From: Mobula hypostoma
Lineage: Eukaryota
Reading direction: 5' to 3'
Length of the DNA stretch: 64,000 nucleotides
Assembly: GCF_963921235.1 (NCBI RefSeq)
Contig: NC_086108.1
Span: 85,128,001-85,192,000, forward strand
This document shows positions 47,991-60,662 of the stretch, piece after piece. The notes beneath the pieces are model-generated. The model made no database searches. It was not told where the DNA came from and worked only from the letters and a program-made list of their open reading frames with translations. The translations under genes were made by a program, and so were the position numbers. How positions within the stretch are numbered: position 1 is the first letter of the stretch; the number at the start of each line of letters is the position of its first letter.

Positions 47991-50900
47991 GGGATGGTTT
48001 TGGGGACAGTGCGGGCAATGCGGGGACAGGTTAGGGTCTAGGGACAGGGATGAGAGGAGTTAGAGGTCAGGGGTAATAAATGAACAGTCAGAGGCAGGAG
48101 CCAGAGTCCAGGTTGGAGCACTCGTGGTAGGAGGCCAGTGATCCTGTGGATGGATGTTGGATCAGTGGGCCTGGTGGACCAGGACCCTCAGGCTGCCTAG
48201 CCTCAGGATCAGAAGTCCATATGGAGAGGAGGGGTGAGGGTTGGAAGTTAATGCAATACCTGGATTTCAAAACACCATGATCGGCGGGACCTGAAGGTCG
48301 AAAACTGAAATCAGCAATATTCCTTTATACCCTTTTGTTTCAACAAGCTTAATCTATTCTTAAATATTGAGAACCTCTCTATTTTTATCATTTAATCTGA
48401 TCAGACATTTCAATTCTTTCAACATATTTATGTTTTCTTATAGCCAGCAGCATTGTAATAAGTAAGCACAGACTCCACAACATTGCATCAATATCAATCC
48501 TTTAATACTATCCACTACTCTTAAACTGTGGGTATATTAGGTTTTATATTGATTCACCAGAAAACCCATAGGTTATTTTATCTTATGTCCTTTGCAATCA
48601 AATCTAGCATGCTATTAGCTTTTCATAGCTATAATCACATGAGGTTGTTAATTACTTTCCTTCCAGTTCATCCCAGCATGTAAGGCTGAAAAGCCTTACT
48701 AAGTGCAAAAAATTACAGTTCTAAAGACTCAATATCTAGAAAAGTTAGCTTCATGTGTGCTGAAAATACTTGCGAATTTTCCCTTGTGCTTCATTCAATT
48801 AACTGATTTCAGGTCCTCTTGAGAAAATATTCTTGTGAAATTATGTGTGTGAGATAGAGTAAAGGTAAGCTGATCTCATCTCTCCCTATGTGCTTCACGT
48901 GAGTTGTACTTTTCATTCTCTCTTATATAACTACTCTGGACAATGAACATTGCAACCACAAATTTTGGTTGACAGCTTGGCCGAAGATTTGTGAAGTGCA
49001 AGCACTGAAAATTTGATTATTGCTGAGCACTAGTTTCTCAAAGTCTCGCTCAAGACACAAGCCTCTTAGTTAAGTATTATAATGAGGGTTGCCTTCATTT
49101 CTGGCTGCTTAAGTGTTTGAACAAAAAAAATGAACCATAAGGCAATTGTATGTTCAATTATGAGGAAGAGTGATGCTGTATTCCCGACATTTGATTAAGA
49201 TATTCATAAGACCATAAAACATAGGAGCAGAATTAGGCCATTTGGCCCATTGAGGCTGTTCCACCATTTCATCATGGCTGATTTATTATCTCTTTCAATT
49301 CCATTCTCCTGCCTTCTCCCCGTAACCTATAGTAATGTTACTAATCAGTAATTTATCAATCAATGCTTTAAATATACCCAATGACTTGGCCTCCACAGCC
49401 ATCTGTGGCAATGAATTCCACAGATTCACCACCCTATAGATAAAGGGATGTCCTTGTATTCTGAGGCTGTGCCCTCTGATCCCAGATTCTCACACTTGAG
49501 GAAATATTCTCTCCATGTCTACTCTACCTAGTCCTTTCAATTAGATTCCAACCCCTCATTCCAACCCCTCAACTCCAATGAGTACAGGCCCAGAGCCATC
49601 AAACACTTCTTCTATGTTAACGTTTCATTCCTGGGATATTATTGAATATTTCAATAATAATTGTGTAATATTGTAAATTTATTGTTGATTAAGCATTCTT
49701 TGTCAATTTACATAATTCATTACGGGCTACATGTAAAAGCCATTATGCCACCACATCATAAGTGCTAAACGTCTTGCTAAACGTCAAAACAAAGTTTACA
49801 TGCATCTCTTGGTCTCCCTTGTTTATCTTCCAATTAGTTTTATGTTTTGGAGTTACAAAACACAATAGTGATGACAGGGAAGTGTGAACTAAACCCAAAA
49901 TGACTACCTACCTATTGAAATGTAGTGAGAGGTTTGGGTTAAGAAAAACAGTGATACTTTCGAGTTAAAAGAAAAGTACAAGCACCTGATTCTTCGAGAA
50001 GAGACAGAGATGTTCAAGTTAAAAAAGTCATAAAATGGACAAATTCACCGGTTCATAAGCGATGAGTACCTGGTGATAATAATCATAAATAAAAAAAGCA
50101 GAAATGGCTGGCTACATCAGAAAGATAGATGTGTTCGATTGCACAAGAGATAATTGGATATTGTATACTGAGTGAATTGAGCATTATTTTAAAGCAAATA
50201 AAATAGCCAATGTAAAATGAGTGCCGGTTTTGCTGAGTGCATTAGACTCCAACCAAACCAGCCAAAACGAGCTTTGCTGATATCATGAAAGTAAAGCAGG
50301 AATATTTAGAATCAAAACCATTGTTGATTGCAGAATTCTTTAGTTTTTATAAGCAGAATCAAAAGCTAGGGAAATCCACTTTAGCGTATATGGCTGAATT
50401 GAAAGATTGAGCATTGTCAGTTCAGTGATGGGCTTAATGATGCACTGAGAGATCAGTTAGTTTGTGGAAGCATCCAAGAAAGCACTCGAAAATGGCTCCT
50501 AACTGAAGCACAAATCGCACTTAAAAGAGCAGTTGAAATCACTGTTACAATGGAAACAGCAGATAGAAACACAATTGAGTTGCAGTCAGGAATGAAAGTG
50601 AGTGTGAACAAAATTGGTATAAAAATAGAAATCTGCTTGGCTAATCAAATTGTGTTACTGTTGTGGCAGGGGCTCACATATACCAGATTAATGCAGGTTA
50701 AAGGTGATAGTTGCAGAAAACGCAACAAAGTAGGACACATACAAAGAGTATGTTAGGCAGACAAAAATTAATAGACTGCACAGAGAAGAGAGGAAGAAAA
50801 GAAGTCAAGTTGCAATTTCAAAAAGAGCATTAATTTGCATGCTGTCGAGGAAAAATCTCAATGATGAAAGTGTCACAGGACATGACAGTGTTGAGACTTA

Positions 50901-51879
50901 AAATGTGAAAACTAACAATAGACAAGCAATGTAGCTTACACTGGAAGTGAACAGCAAATTAATTACAATGGAATTGGACACTGGCTCGGCTGTGTCAGTC
51001 ATTCCACAAAAGGAGTTTGAATGGCATTTCAAAGATATTGAACTGAAGCCTGCAGATATCTAACTAAGAACTTATACTAGAGAAAAAATAACTTCCATGG
51101 GAATGATATTCACGATAGTGAATACAACAACCAACAAGCCACATTGGGCTTGAATGTGGCAAAAACAGGAAAACTAGCATTGTGAGGATGTGTTTGGCTG
51201 AAACAACTAGAACTTGATTTGAGATCCATCCACTATTTGTGTGCCACATCCCCTGCAATAGAGTCAACTGAAAGCAAATTAAGAATGGCACTGGATGATG
51301 TCACAGCAGTGTTCAAGAATGGCATCGGAAGACTTGAACATATCAAATGAAAATGCCACACCCAAGTTTTACAGAGCCTGTCTGGTTCCTCATACCTTAA
51401 AGTAGCCAGTGAGCTAGATTGCATGGAGGCTGAAGGAATTCTTTCCCAGTTTGAGTGGAGCAGATGGGCAATGCCATTGGTCCTGGTAGTCAAGAAGAAT
51501 GGGTCTGCCAAGATCTGTGGTGATTTTAAGGTCACCATCAATCTAGTACAGAAAGGAGATCAATACACTCTACCCAGGATAGTGAATATCTTTGCAAACT
51601 TTCTGGAGGAAAACAGTTCAACAAAGTGGACTTAACTGAGACCTCCCTATAGATGGAGATGGAAGAAGAGTCCAAAGTACTTCTTACCATACACACTCAC
51701 TAAGGGCTTTATTTTTGGAGAAGCATCTGCACCTGCAATGGCAATCTGGAAGAAAACTATGGACAAGGTACCGCAAGGCTGACCAGGCACTTAGTGTAAC
51801 TCGGACAACATCATTGTTACTGGTGAAGGTGACAAGGAACACCTCCAAAATCTTAAGATCTCATTAAAAAAATTATAAG

Positions 51880-52489
51880 TGTAATGCCCCGGTTCATATT
51901 TTTACTGTTATGCTGTATGTATTTCATTTAAGAGCAGTCTGTTCTGTTTTCAACTAGTTTGGGATATTGTCGAAAATAAGAGATGCGGAGAAATGTGTGC
52001 CATCCGATTAGGATGGTTGAATTAAGGGGAGGTTTTTCTGGTGAGGGTCACTAAGGTCAGGCTTGGGGCTTTTGTTCAAGAGGAGATGAAGAGGGAAAGT
52101 GCAGGAGAGAAGAGGTCATAGGATTTGACCTGGAGCGGGACCGTGATTCAACGAAGTCAGGGGCGAGATCAAATGAGGATCGGTTACTATGGAGAAACTT
52201 TGAGCTCTAACTTGTGCGCATTTGACTGTTTCATTAAGATGGGCCCTTTTCTTTTTTGTTTTTCTCTTTACTAATCCTGTAGTCAAATTACGATTCATAA
52301 GTTTAATCTTTTATCGTTAGAGGTGTACTGTCCGTTATTTCGTGGCACTTATTTGTAAAAGGGTAGTAAATTACACAGCATCCACACAAACAGGGGTTTG
52401 GGGTGGGAGAGCGCCTCGATCTTACGAGTCTGGTGGGGCCGGAAGTCGTCTCCCCTAGACCTCCGCAGCTAAGGAAACCAGGGGTTCCA
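51880..52489. mobile_element. Solo LTR (610 bp) of another family inserted in the Gypsy RT
   Basis: TGTAATGCCCC...GGGGTTCCA; 4-bp TSD TAAG at 51876-51879 and 52490-52493. Confidence 0.85.
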
Positions 52490-53051
52490 TAAGGTTATGA
52501 GCACAACACGAGTGTGAATTCTTTAAACCAGACTTATTGTGGTCACACTATTGACACACAAGGATTACACAAGTGTGCTGAGAAAATTCAGGCAGTGGTG
52601 AATTCTCCAAGGCCAAAGGACGTGTCACAGTTCCGGCCCTTTTTAGGATTTGTCAATTACTTTATCAGGTTCCTACCAAACTGGGCTACTGTGCTCCGCC
52701 CCTTGAACTCAGGTCAGAGAAAAATGGCAATGGACAAAGCAGTGTGAGGTTTGTTCAGAAAGGTAGAGGAAATGGTGACGGGAGACACTGTAATTATACA
52801 TTATGATTCACATCATCCCGTGAATCTTGCTTGTAATGCCTCGTCTTATGGTATAGGTGCAGTCACGACACATGTTATGAGTGATGGAAGTGAACGCCCT
52901 ATAGCCTTTGTATTATGTTCTCTTACCACTGCACAGAGAAAAAATAGCTCAGATGCACAGAGAGGCCTTGAATCTGCTTTGGGGTGTAAGACCTTTCAAC
53001 CAGTACTAGTATGGGAGAGAGGACCTTACCCTCATTACTGATCATTAGCTT

Positions 53052-53870
53052 GGATTAGATTAGATTAGATTCAACTTTATTGTCACTGTACCAAATACAG
53101 GTACAAAGCCATTGAAATACAGTTAGCATCTGACCAGAAATGCAAAGAATAGTGTTATTTACAAAATAACTGCGAATAAAAAGTAAGTGCTACAGCACAC
53201 AAATATAAAAGTACTGAGACAGTGCAATGTGGGTGCAATACTGCTTAGCGCTGTGATGTGAGGTTCAGCAGGGTCACAGCCTCAGGGAAGAAGCTCTTCC
53301 TGTGCCTGCTGGTGCAGGAGCAGAGGCTCCTGTAGTGCCTACTGGATGGGAGGAGAGTAAAAAGTCCATGGTTAGGGTGAAATGCATCCCTGATAATGTT
53401 TTTCGCCCTGCCCAGGCAGCGTTTATGGTAGATGTTCTCAATGGTGGGCAATTGGGTGCCGATAATCTGCTGGGCAGTTCTCACCACACGCTGGAGTGCT
53501 TTGCGGTCCGATACGGGACAACTGTCATACCACACTGAGATGCAGTTGGTGAGTATGCTCTCGATGGTACAGTGGTAAAAGTCCATCAGTATCCTGGGAC
53601 AGAGGTGAGCTTTCCTGATGCTCTGCAGGAAATAAAGGCACTGTTGCGCCTTTTTGATCAGGATGGAGGAATTCAGGGACTGGGCGAGATCCTGGGAAAT
53701 GTGGACACCAAGGAATTTGAAGCTTGATATATGCTCCACTACAGGTCTGTTGATGTAGATGGGGATGTGAGTGTGGCTCCTAGCATGCCTGAAGTCCACA
53801 ATGATCTCCTTGGTCTTCTGGGTGTTAGGGCCAGGTTGTTGTCGAAAGCAGTCACACCACGCGACTGCTG
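53052..53870 (-). mobile_element. Rex1/Babar 3' fragment inserted in the Gypsy RNase H
   Basis: Open frame KTKEIIVDFR..FKFLGVHIS..IESILTNCISVWY..SFFPEAVTLLN; (CTAAT)n tail. Confidence 0.92.
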
Positions 53871-55644
53871 TCATCAACTACTGCTGTCCATTGTCAGTTC
53901 ACAGAAGGGTGTTCCACTACAGCAGCAGCACGAGTGCAGAGATGGGCTCTGTTCCTCAGAGGACACAATTACAAGGTTGAATTCAAGAGGACAACTAATA
54001 ATGGAAATTCTGACGGATTGTCCCATTTACTCTTGGAAAAGAAAATAACTGAAAAATATACGCAAGAGGACACTCCTCTTGACGTATTCTCCCTAGTGCA
54101 AATCAACAGTGCACCGACTGTGGCAGAGATGATCCAAAGGGAAACCAGAAAAGGCCTCACATTGTATGCAGAAATTGCTGCAGAAATTCCAGTTCCCCCA
54201 TTTTTGCCAGGACTGGGATGAACTTGCTCTTGATAGGGGTTGCTTTAAGTGGGGATTGAGTGTTGTTGTACCATCTAATCTAAGAGCTAAAGTATTGGGG
54301 GGTGGGGGAGGAGCGACATGCCTGTCATCTGGTTGTGGCCAAAATGAAAGTGTTGATTCGAGGCTCTGTCTGGTGGCCTGGGATAGATCAGCAGATCAAA
54401 CAGCTTGCCGTGCACTGTTTGGGATGCCAACATGTCCAGAAGATATCAGGAGCATCTTGGAGGAAGGAGAAGAAAGATGCCCAGAGCTGTCAGAACTACT
54501 TCCTGCAGTTCCAGAGTCAACTCCTACAACCACCACGGAGGAGGCCCCAGAACCTGAGATTGTTTCATAGCAACAAGTATCACCTGCCAAGCAAAGTGAC
54601 CTCCTTGTCAGGAAAGACGTGATCCAACGAGAGTAAGAAATCCTCCACAGTGATTAAAGTTTTAGACTTGAATGGAACAATTTAAATTTACTATGCCGTG
54701 AATGTCTATATAGTAGATGTATTATATAGTATAGTATACCATTTATTTATTTATTACAAAACATAACAAGGATAATCCTTATGAACCTGCAGTGACTGGA
54801 CTGTCTCCAATACCAACATATCCTTTTCTAGATAAGGGACAAAAAACTGCTCACAAGTCATAGTATTGTACTGATCTCTGTCAGTTTAATTTTGACATAT
54901 GACTGCAAGTAGTATTGTCTAATGTGCAGAGTACAATTTGCACATATACAAATTTTCTCTCTGCTGCGGCAGGTGATGAAAAGGAGTGACTCTGTATTAC
55001 TGCAACAGTGGTAGTCTTAATTAGAAATAACTGAGATTTCACTTAGGCAGCTCTTTTTTACATCCCAGAGGACACCCCAAAGCATTTTACATAAATTACT
55101 TAAAAAATTTGCCTGTAGACAATGTTTTGTTCATGCTGAACTAAACTGGAGGTTAATTGTACTGTTTTTATGCACTACGCATTGTTTTTTTAACCATACA
55201 TTAGTAGCCAAAGCAATTCCACCCATTCAGAGCTTGTTATGAAAATTATGTCTTGGTGCTCCTTGTGTACAATGTGCTTGAGCACAAACATTGTTAGATG
55301 CACAGATGTGAGGCCTGTGAAGGATGAATTCTTAGAAGTACTGCTAGGATTGCAGATTTGGGAGAGAGGCATTTCCATTTTAGGATTTTTAAAAATCTGT
55401 TGTTGTCTTCCTTAGCCTGCAGTCATAAATACAGAATTCACTTATCCTGTCCGACTTCTGCTGGTAGGGCATCACTGTTCTGAAGAGACTACACTATATT
55501 CATTAGCTACTAAGCACAGCCCAAACTTCAGCTTGCAGAACAGCCCGCTGCTCATTTTCAAAATTAACGCATCTCCTTGCTAGCACCTCCTGCAACCTCA
55601 GCTCCAGCTTTCATGCCATAGGAGAGCACTTATGTCTCCCCTGA

Positions 55645-56080
55645 GATTACTTTGGCACTGCCCAGGATCAGAAAAAGCAACAGAGGGTTGCAGAATCCGC
55701 CAACTCCCTCATCGGCTCTAGCTTCTCCAGCGTTGAGGATATCTTCAAAAAGGCAATGCCTCAAAGAGGCAGCATCCATCATTAAGGACCTCCAACCCCC
55801 AGAATGTGCTCTCTTCTTATTTCCACCATCAGAGAGGAGGTAGAGGAGCTTGAAGACACACGCACTCACTGTTTTAGCAACAATTTCTTCCCTTCTGCCA
55901 TCAGATTTCTGAACAGACAATGAACTAACCCATGAATACGATCTCACTATTTTTGCTCTTTTTCGCGCTAATTTAATTTTTTATACATATTTCTTATGTA
56001 ATTTATAGACTTTTTTGCACAGTTCTGACTCTGCAAAACAAATTTCATGACACACAGAGTGTCCGTGATAATATTCTAAT
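55645..56080 (+). mobile_element. Rex1 3' end
   Basis: QCLKEAASIIKDLQPP..FPPSERR. Confidence 0.8.
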
Positions 56081-56577
56081 TGTGATAATTTTCCAAATGC
56101 AAACCAAAGCCTAAGCTCTGGAATATTTTCTCCTGGAATGGCACATGTAAATGCAACTACTCCTGCTGTTTTAAAACCCTGCCAAGGAAATCCCACTTGT
56201 CACCGTAGATTGATTACAGAACCACTGCAAGCCAGGGTGGTCCTGTCTATTTATTGGTCTTTCAGCTTATAGTGCACTAATTCCCCAGAATAACAACATA
56301 TAAGATCTCATCACTATGGAAGCTTATAAACACAAGAGGTGCTGCAGATGCTGGAAATCGAGAGCAACAGGCACAAAATGACGCAGGAACTCAGCAGGTC
56401 AGGCATCATCAATGGAAAGAAATAAGGAGTCAACATATTGGGCCAGTCCCATCAGGACTGGAAAGGAAGGTGAAAAAACAGAATAAGAAAGTAGGGGAAG
56501 AGGAAGGTGATAGGTGAAGCCAGGTGAGGGAGAAACTAGGAGGGTGGAGGAAGAGGTTGTCTGTGAGGAGTTAATAC

Positions 56578-57550
56578 ATTTTCCCCTTGACTGCATAGGT
56601 TTCCTCTGGGTAGTCTGGTTTCATCCCACAGCCCAAAGATGCATGGGTTAGTAGGTTAATTGGTCATTGTAAATTGTCCTGTTATTAGTCTGTCTGTCTG
56701 TCTAGGTACCATATCCAATGCGGACTTTGTTGACCATGGTTTTCCATGTAGATCTATCCTTCGTTTTTTGGATGACTTCCATTTCCTTGATGTGTAGCCA
56801 CCTGGCTATGCTTTTGATGTACATAAGCCGAGGTCCTCCTCTAGGTTTGCTCCCTTCAATCTTTCCAGAGAGTATGAGTTTTCCTAACTGATTTCCCGCA
56901 TGATGTGTCCTAGGAATCTGAGTTGCCTTTCTCTTATTATTGGTATGAGTGATTGAACTGCTTGGACTCCTCTGAGAACTTCTTCATTTGATGTGTGTGT
57001 GATCCATGATATTTTTAACATTCTCCCGTAGAACCATAATTCAGCTGCTTCTAGTCTCTTTTCCATTGCTGGAGAAATGGTCCAGCATTCATTTCCATAA
57101 GTCAGGATAGAATAAATGTAGTACTGCGGTATTCTGTTTTTAATGTACGTGCTCATCTTTCTGTCTGTTAATATGGTCTTCATTTGTTGGAAAGCTTCTT
57201 TCGCGATTGCTATTCTGTAATTGATATCTGTGTCGCACCTGCCATTACTTGTTATTAGGCTGCCAAGATATTTGAATTTGTTGACTTGTTTGATGTTTGT
57301 ATTTCCGATCTTGATCACACATTGTAGGATGTTTGTCTTTCAGGAGATGACCATGCTTTCTGTCTTCTTGGTGTTGTTTGAGAGGCCTCTGCGATTACTT
57401 TCTGCTGCCACTATAGTGAGTAGTTCTTGAAGTTCTTGAGTCAGCTATTAGTACGCCTGTTATTAGATTCATGTTAAATAAATGGGTTGCTAAGTGGCAC
57501 ATATCAACGGCCTGGAAGTGACTGCTCCACACTGTACCGCTGAATAAAAA
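56578..57550 (+). repeat. V-SINE (5'-truncated) split by RTE
   Basis: GGTTTCCTCTGGG..CCCACAGCCCAAAG..AGGTTAATTGGTCATTGTAAATTGTCC; tail resumes at 57467. Confidence 0.75.
56689..57455 (-). mobile_element. 5'-truncated RTE LINE
   Basis: 11-bp TSD CCTGTTATTAG at 56678-56688 and 57456-57466; (CAGA)n tail; FKYLGSLIT..LTYGNECWT..LRFLGHIMR. Confidence 0.93.
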
Positions 57551-58139
57551 GTGAGAGGGGAGGTGACAGGTGGAAAAGGGAAAGGGATGAAGAAGGAGTC
57601 TGACAGGAGGAGAGGCACCAGCGGCAGGTGATGAGAACAGAAAGGCTAAAATGGGAACCAGAGTGGGGAATGGGACAAGAGAGAATGGGGAGGGGGAGGA
57701 AATTACTGGAGAAATGGATGTTCATGTCATCAGGTTGGAGATTACCCAGAAGGAATACGAAGTGTTGCTCCTCCAACTGAGAGAGGCTTCAGCATGGCAG
57801 TAGAGGAGACAATGTTGGAATGGGAATGGGGGATGAAATTTAAATGCTTTGTTTCTGTTGTTTAAGGATGCAAGTGGACATCACTGCAAAAGAAGCTTGT
57901 TGACAATGGCAACAATCACAATGCTAAAGGCAAATCATGGAAAATGGCAACAGCAGACACGTTGACATGCTGAACATGCATTTTATTGAATTTATTTATG
58001 AGCAGTCATCTCTGAATTCAAAGCATCATGATTCATTGTTGCCTTAAAGTAATCTATATGGAAGACTTCAGAATTAAAACTTAGAATGCTCAGACTTAGG
58101 CTATTTTGGTTATGGATTATGTTGACAATTATATATAAC

Positions 58140-58790
58140 ATCAGACACAAAATGCTGGAGGAACTCAACAGGTTGGGCAGCATCTGTAGAAGTGATTAAA
58201 CCGTCAATGTATTGAGCTGCGATCCTTCTCAGTAGTGTAGTGGTTAGCACAACGCTTCACAGTTCCACCAACCCGGGTTCCATTCACACTGCTGCCTGTA
58301 TGGAGTTTGTACATTCTCCCTGTGACTGCGCGGGTTTCCCCCGGGTGCTTCAGTTTCCTCCCACAGTCCCAAAGGCGGACTGGCTGGTAGGTCAATTTGT
58401 CACTGTAAAAATTTTGCTTGCAATTAAGCTAGGATTGAATTGGGGGTTGCTGTGCAGCGTGGTTCAAAGGGCCAGAAGAGACTACTGTGTACTGTATCTC
58501 AATAAATAAAAATAATAAAAAGGACTGGAAAGGAAGGGGGAAGAAGGCAGAACAAAAAGGTGGGGGAAGGGAAGGAGGATAGCAAGAAGGTGATAGGTGA
58601 ATCCAGGTGAGTAGGAAAGATAAACGGTTGGAGAGAAAGGGATCTGATAGAAGAGTAGAGTGGACCATAGGAGAAAGGAAAAGAGGAGGAGACCCAAGGG
58701 GAAATGATAGGGAGGTGAGAAGAGGTAAGAGGCCAGAATAGGGTATTGAAGAAGAGGGGAGGGGGAGGGACTGTTTTTTAACCGGAATTA
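58140..58790 (-). mobile_element. Penelope-like 3' end split by a V-SINE
   Basis: AATGCTGGAGGAACTCAACAGG terminal motif; resumes GGACTGGAAAGG at ~58521. Confidence 0.75.
58232..58520 (+). repeat. V-SINE with A-rich tail
   Basis: GTGTAGTGGTTAGCACAAC head; V-SINE core; TATCTCAATAAATAAA tail. Confidence 0.88.
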
Positions 58791-59369
58791 TACATAACTA
58801 CTGGACCTGGAAGTAAACTTTGATGATCAAAAGAAGTGAAAGTGCTTTCAATAAACTGACTGATGAGTCTCTATCTCATCCTCAAAGAATTCTTGACTGG
58901 TGTAGCATTTCATACACTGTCCATGCGATTTGCCTACTGTAGATGTAAATATATACTGAACATGGGTGCAGTTTATGTACTTGCATTCCAGTGGGAGCTG
59001 CTGAATTTTGTTTAGCCCAACCTCAGGAAGAATGCATGCCAATTCTTTTGTATACATAAACATTTGATATGCACTAGGTTCAAAATAGTAGGAAATTAAT
59101 GGTCTACAACAAGATGCCTCGTGCTTCTCCTATGGCAGAGTGCTACACTTGTGGAAGCCCAGTCAGGTCTTTAAAGACTCCAATGTAATATGCAGACATT
59201 CACCACATAAGCACATATATTCATACTTGTTTTTGAATATATAACAAACTCAATTTGGCCCATTGCATCTATGTTGGCTCTCAGAGTAATCCCATTAGCC
59301 TCGTTCCTCCACATTTTCCTGTAAACTATTCTCTGTCATATGCCAAGCAACATCTCCTAATTCCTCTAC

Positions 59370-59465
59370 CATCCATCTTCCCTATGAGAAAAGCATCCAT
59401 CTTCGCCTTGAGTAAAGTATCCATCATCCCCATGGGAAATGCATCCATCTTCCACATGGAAAATG
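59370..59465. repeat. 24-bp minisatellite x4 inside a degenerate minus-strand V-SINE
   Basis: CATCCATCTTCCCTATGAGAAAAG and three variants at exact 24-nt period. Confidence 0.85.
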
Positions 59466-60662
59466 TGCAGTAGCCAATTAATCTACCAACCTTTGGGATG
59501 TAGAAGGCAACCTGAACTCCTTGAGAACACACATGCAATCACAACTAGATGTTAGGACTGAATCTAATATTGGAGCTCCACAGAATACTGATAGATTCTG
59601 CACATTTCTAAATGGATCAAGAGCTGGTAATGAAACACACAACACACAACATGGTCACTTCTTTGTGTTTGCTGCCTCAGAGTTCTCACTGGGCCTTTCA
59701 TTGCTACTTACATGGGAACGTCTCTGGAACCTGTGGACTCTGACAAAGGTCAAAGGGTATTATAGTGATTCTTAAAGGGGAATATTATTGGTTCAAGAGG
59801 GCAATTCATATTTAAAAGTTGATGGCCTTCTCCCCCTATGATACTCACCCAAATCCAACCATAAATAGGAAATGTCACCTTCAATGTCCCTAGAATTACT
59901 CCTTCTTGTTCTATAATGTTCTGAAGTGTCAGCCAATTTCCTAGTTTGATGTATTGATTACCTGTCAGCAGTTAAAGCACAATTTGTCTTTACATCCATT
60001 CATCTGATTTGAGCTTTTGAAAAGACTGCTTGGTCAAATTGATGCAAAGCCATGCCTTCTTTGCCAAAGACTTATATTCTTAAACAATGTAGAAGGGCAT
60101 CTATTAAATTATCTTTTAATATTAGGTTATGCTATTCATCATAGTTTTGTAATTCCTCCCTTATATAATATCTTTATCCTTTATTTCCATCAATAGTTCT
60201 TTTTAACCGGCATGCTGAATTTTCTGTAATGTTTCATACTTAATTCATTATGCAGCTGACACAGAAGGACAATCGATGAAAATTTTTTTTTTTAAACTGC
60301 ATTATGTTCTGGACCTCCTTGGGAAAATACTGCAATTGTTTTTCAGTGAAGTGGCTTTGCCACTCTTTCTTCTGACATTACCTGTCTCAATCCAAAATGA
60401 GTTCCCAAGTGTCCATTTATTCTCACCTTTTCCTCAAAATATGGAACAAAATGATTTGGTAAACATGACCTGGACCATTACTGACCTAGCTAACCAGATC
60501 TCTTACATCTTCATCTGTCTGGTAGAATTGGTCCTCGATCTCAACAATTTCTCTTTTGGTTCCTCCCATTTTCTCCAAGACAAAGGTGTGCATAGCAAAG
60601 GGCACTTGTATGGACCCCTGCCAAGCCTACCTTTTTGTATGGCTCTGTGGAACAGTCAACGT

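Larger units (their letters stand above)
49637..54768 (+). mobile_element. Decayed Gypsy element (5' LTR 49637-~49865, gag-pro-RT-RNaseH, partial integrase; 3' LTR mostly deleted)
   Basis: PBS-like TAGTGATGAC; gag MAGYIRKIDVFD at 50104; MELDTGSAVSVI; WAMPLVLVVKKNGSAKICGDFK; LACNASSYGIGAV; MQRWALFL; VWWPGIDQQI..CLGCQ; GGGA/AGGA TSD-like. Confidence 0.92.
49205..54860 (-). mobile_element. CR1 3' fragment split by Gypsy (49205-49636 plus 54769-54860)
   Basis: RVVNLWNSLPQ; CR1 sequence ..TTCATTCCTGGGA resumes as AGGATAATCCTTATGAACC after the Gypsy. Confidence 0.8.
56325..57850 (-). mobile_element. Penelope-like 3' end interrupted by a V-SINE and an RTE
   Basis: Terminal motif at 56327-56460; EEQHFVFLLGNLQPDDMNI at 57776-57720. 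Confidence 0.75.

Noticed and set aside
59370..59465. CRISPR-like repeat/spacer pattern
   Set aside because: Whole 24-nt units are homologous, there are no unique spacers or cas genes, and the context is eukaryotic.
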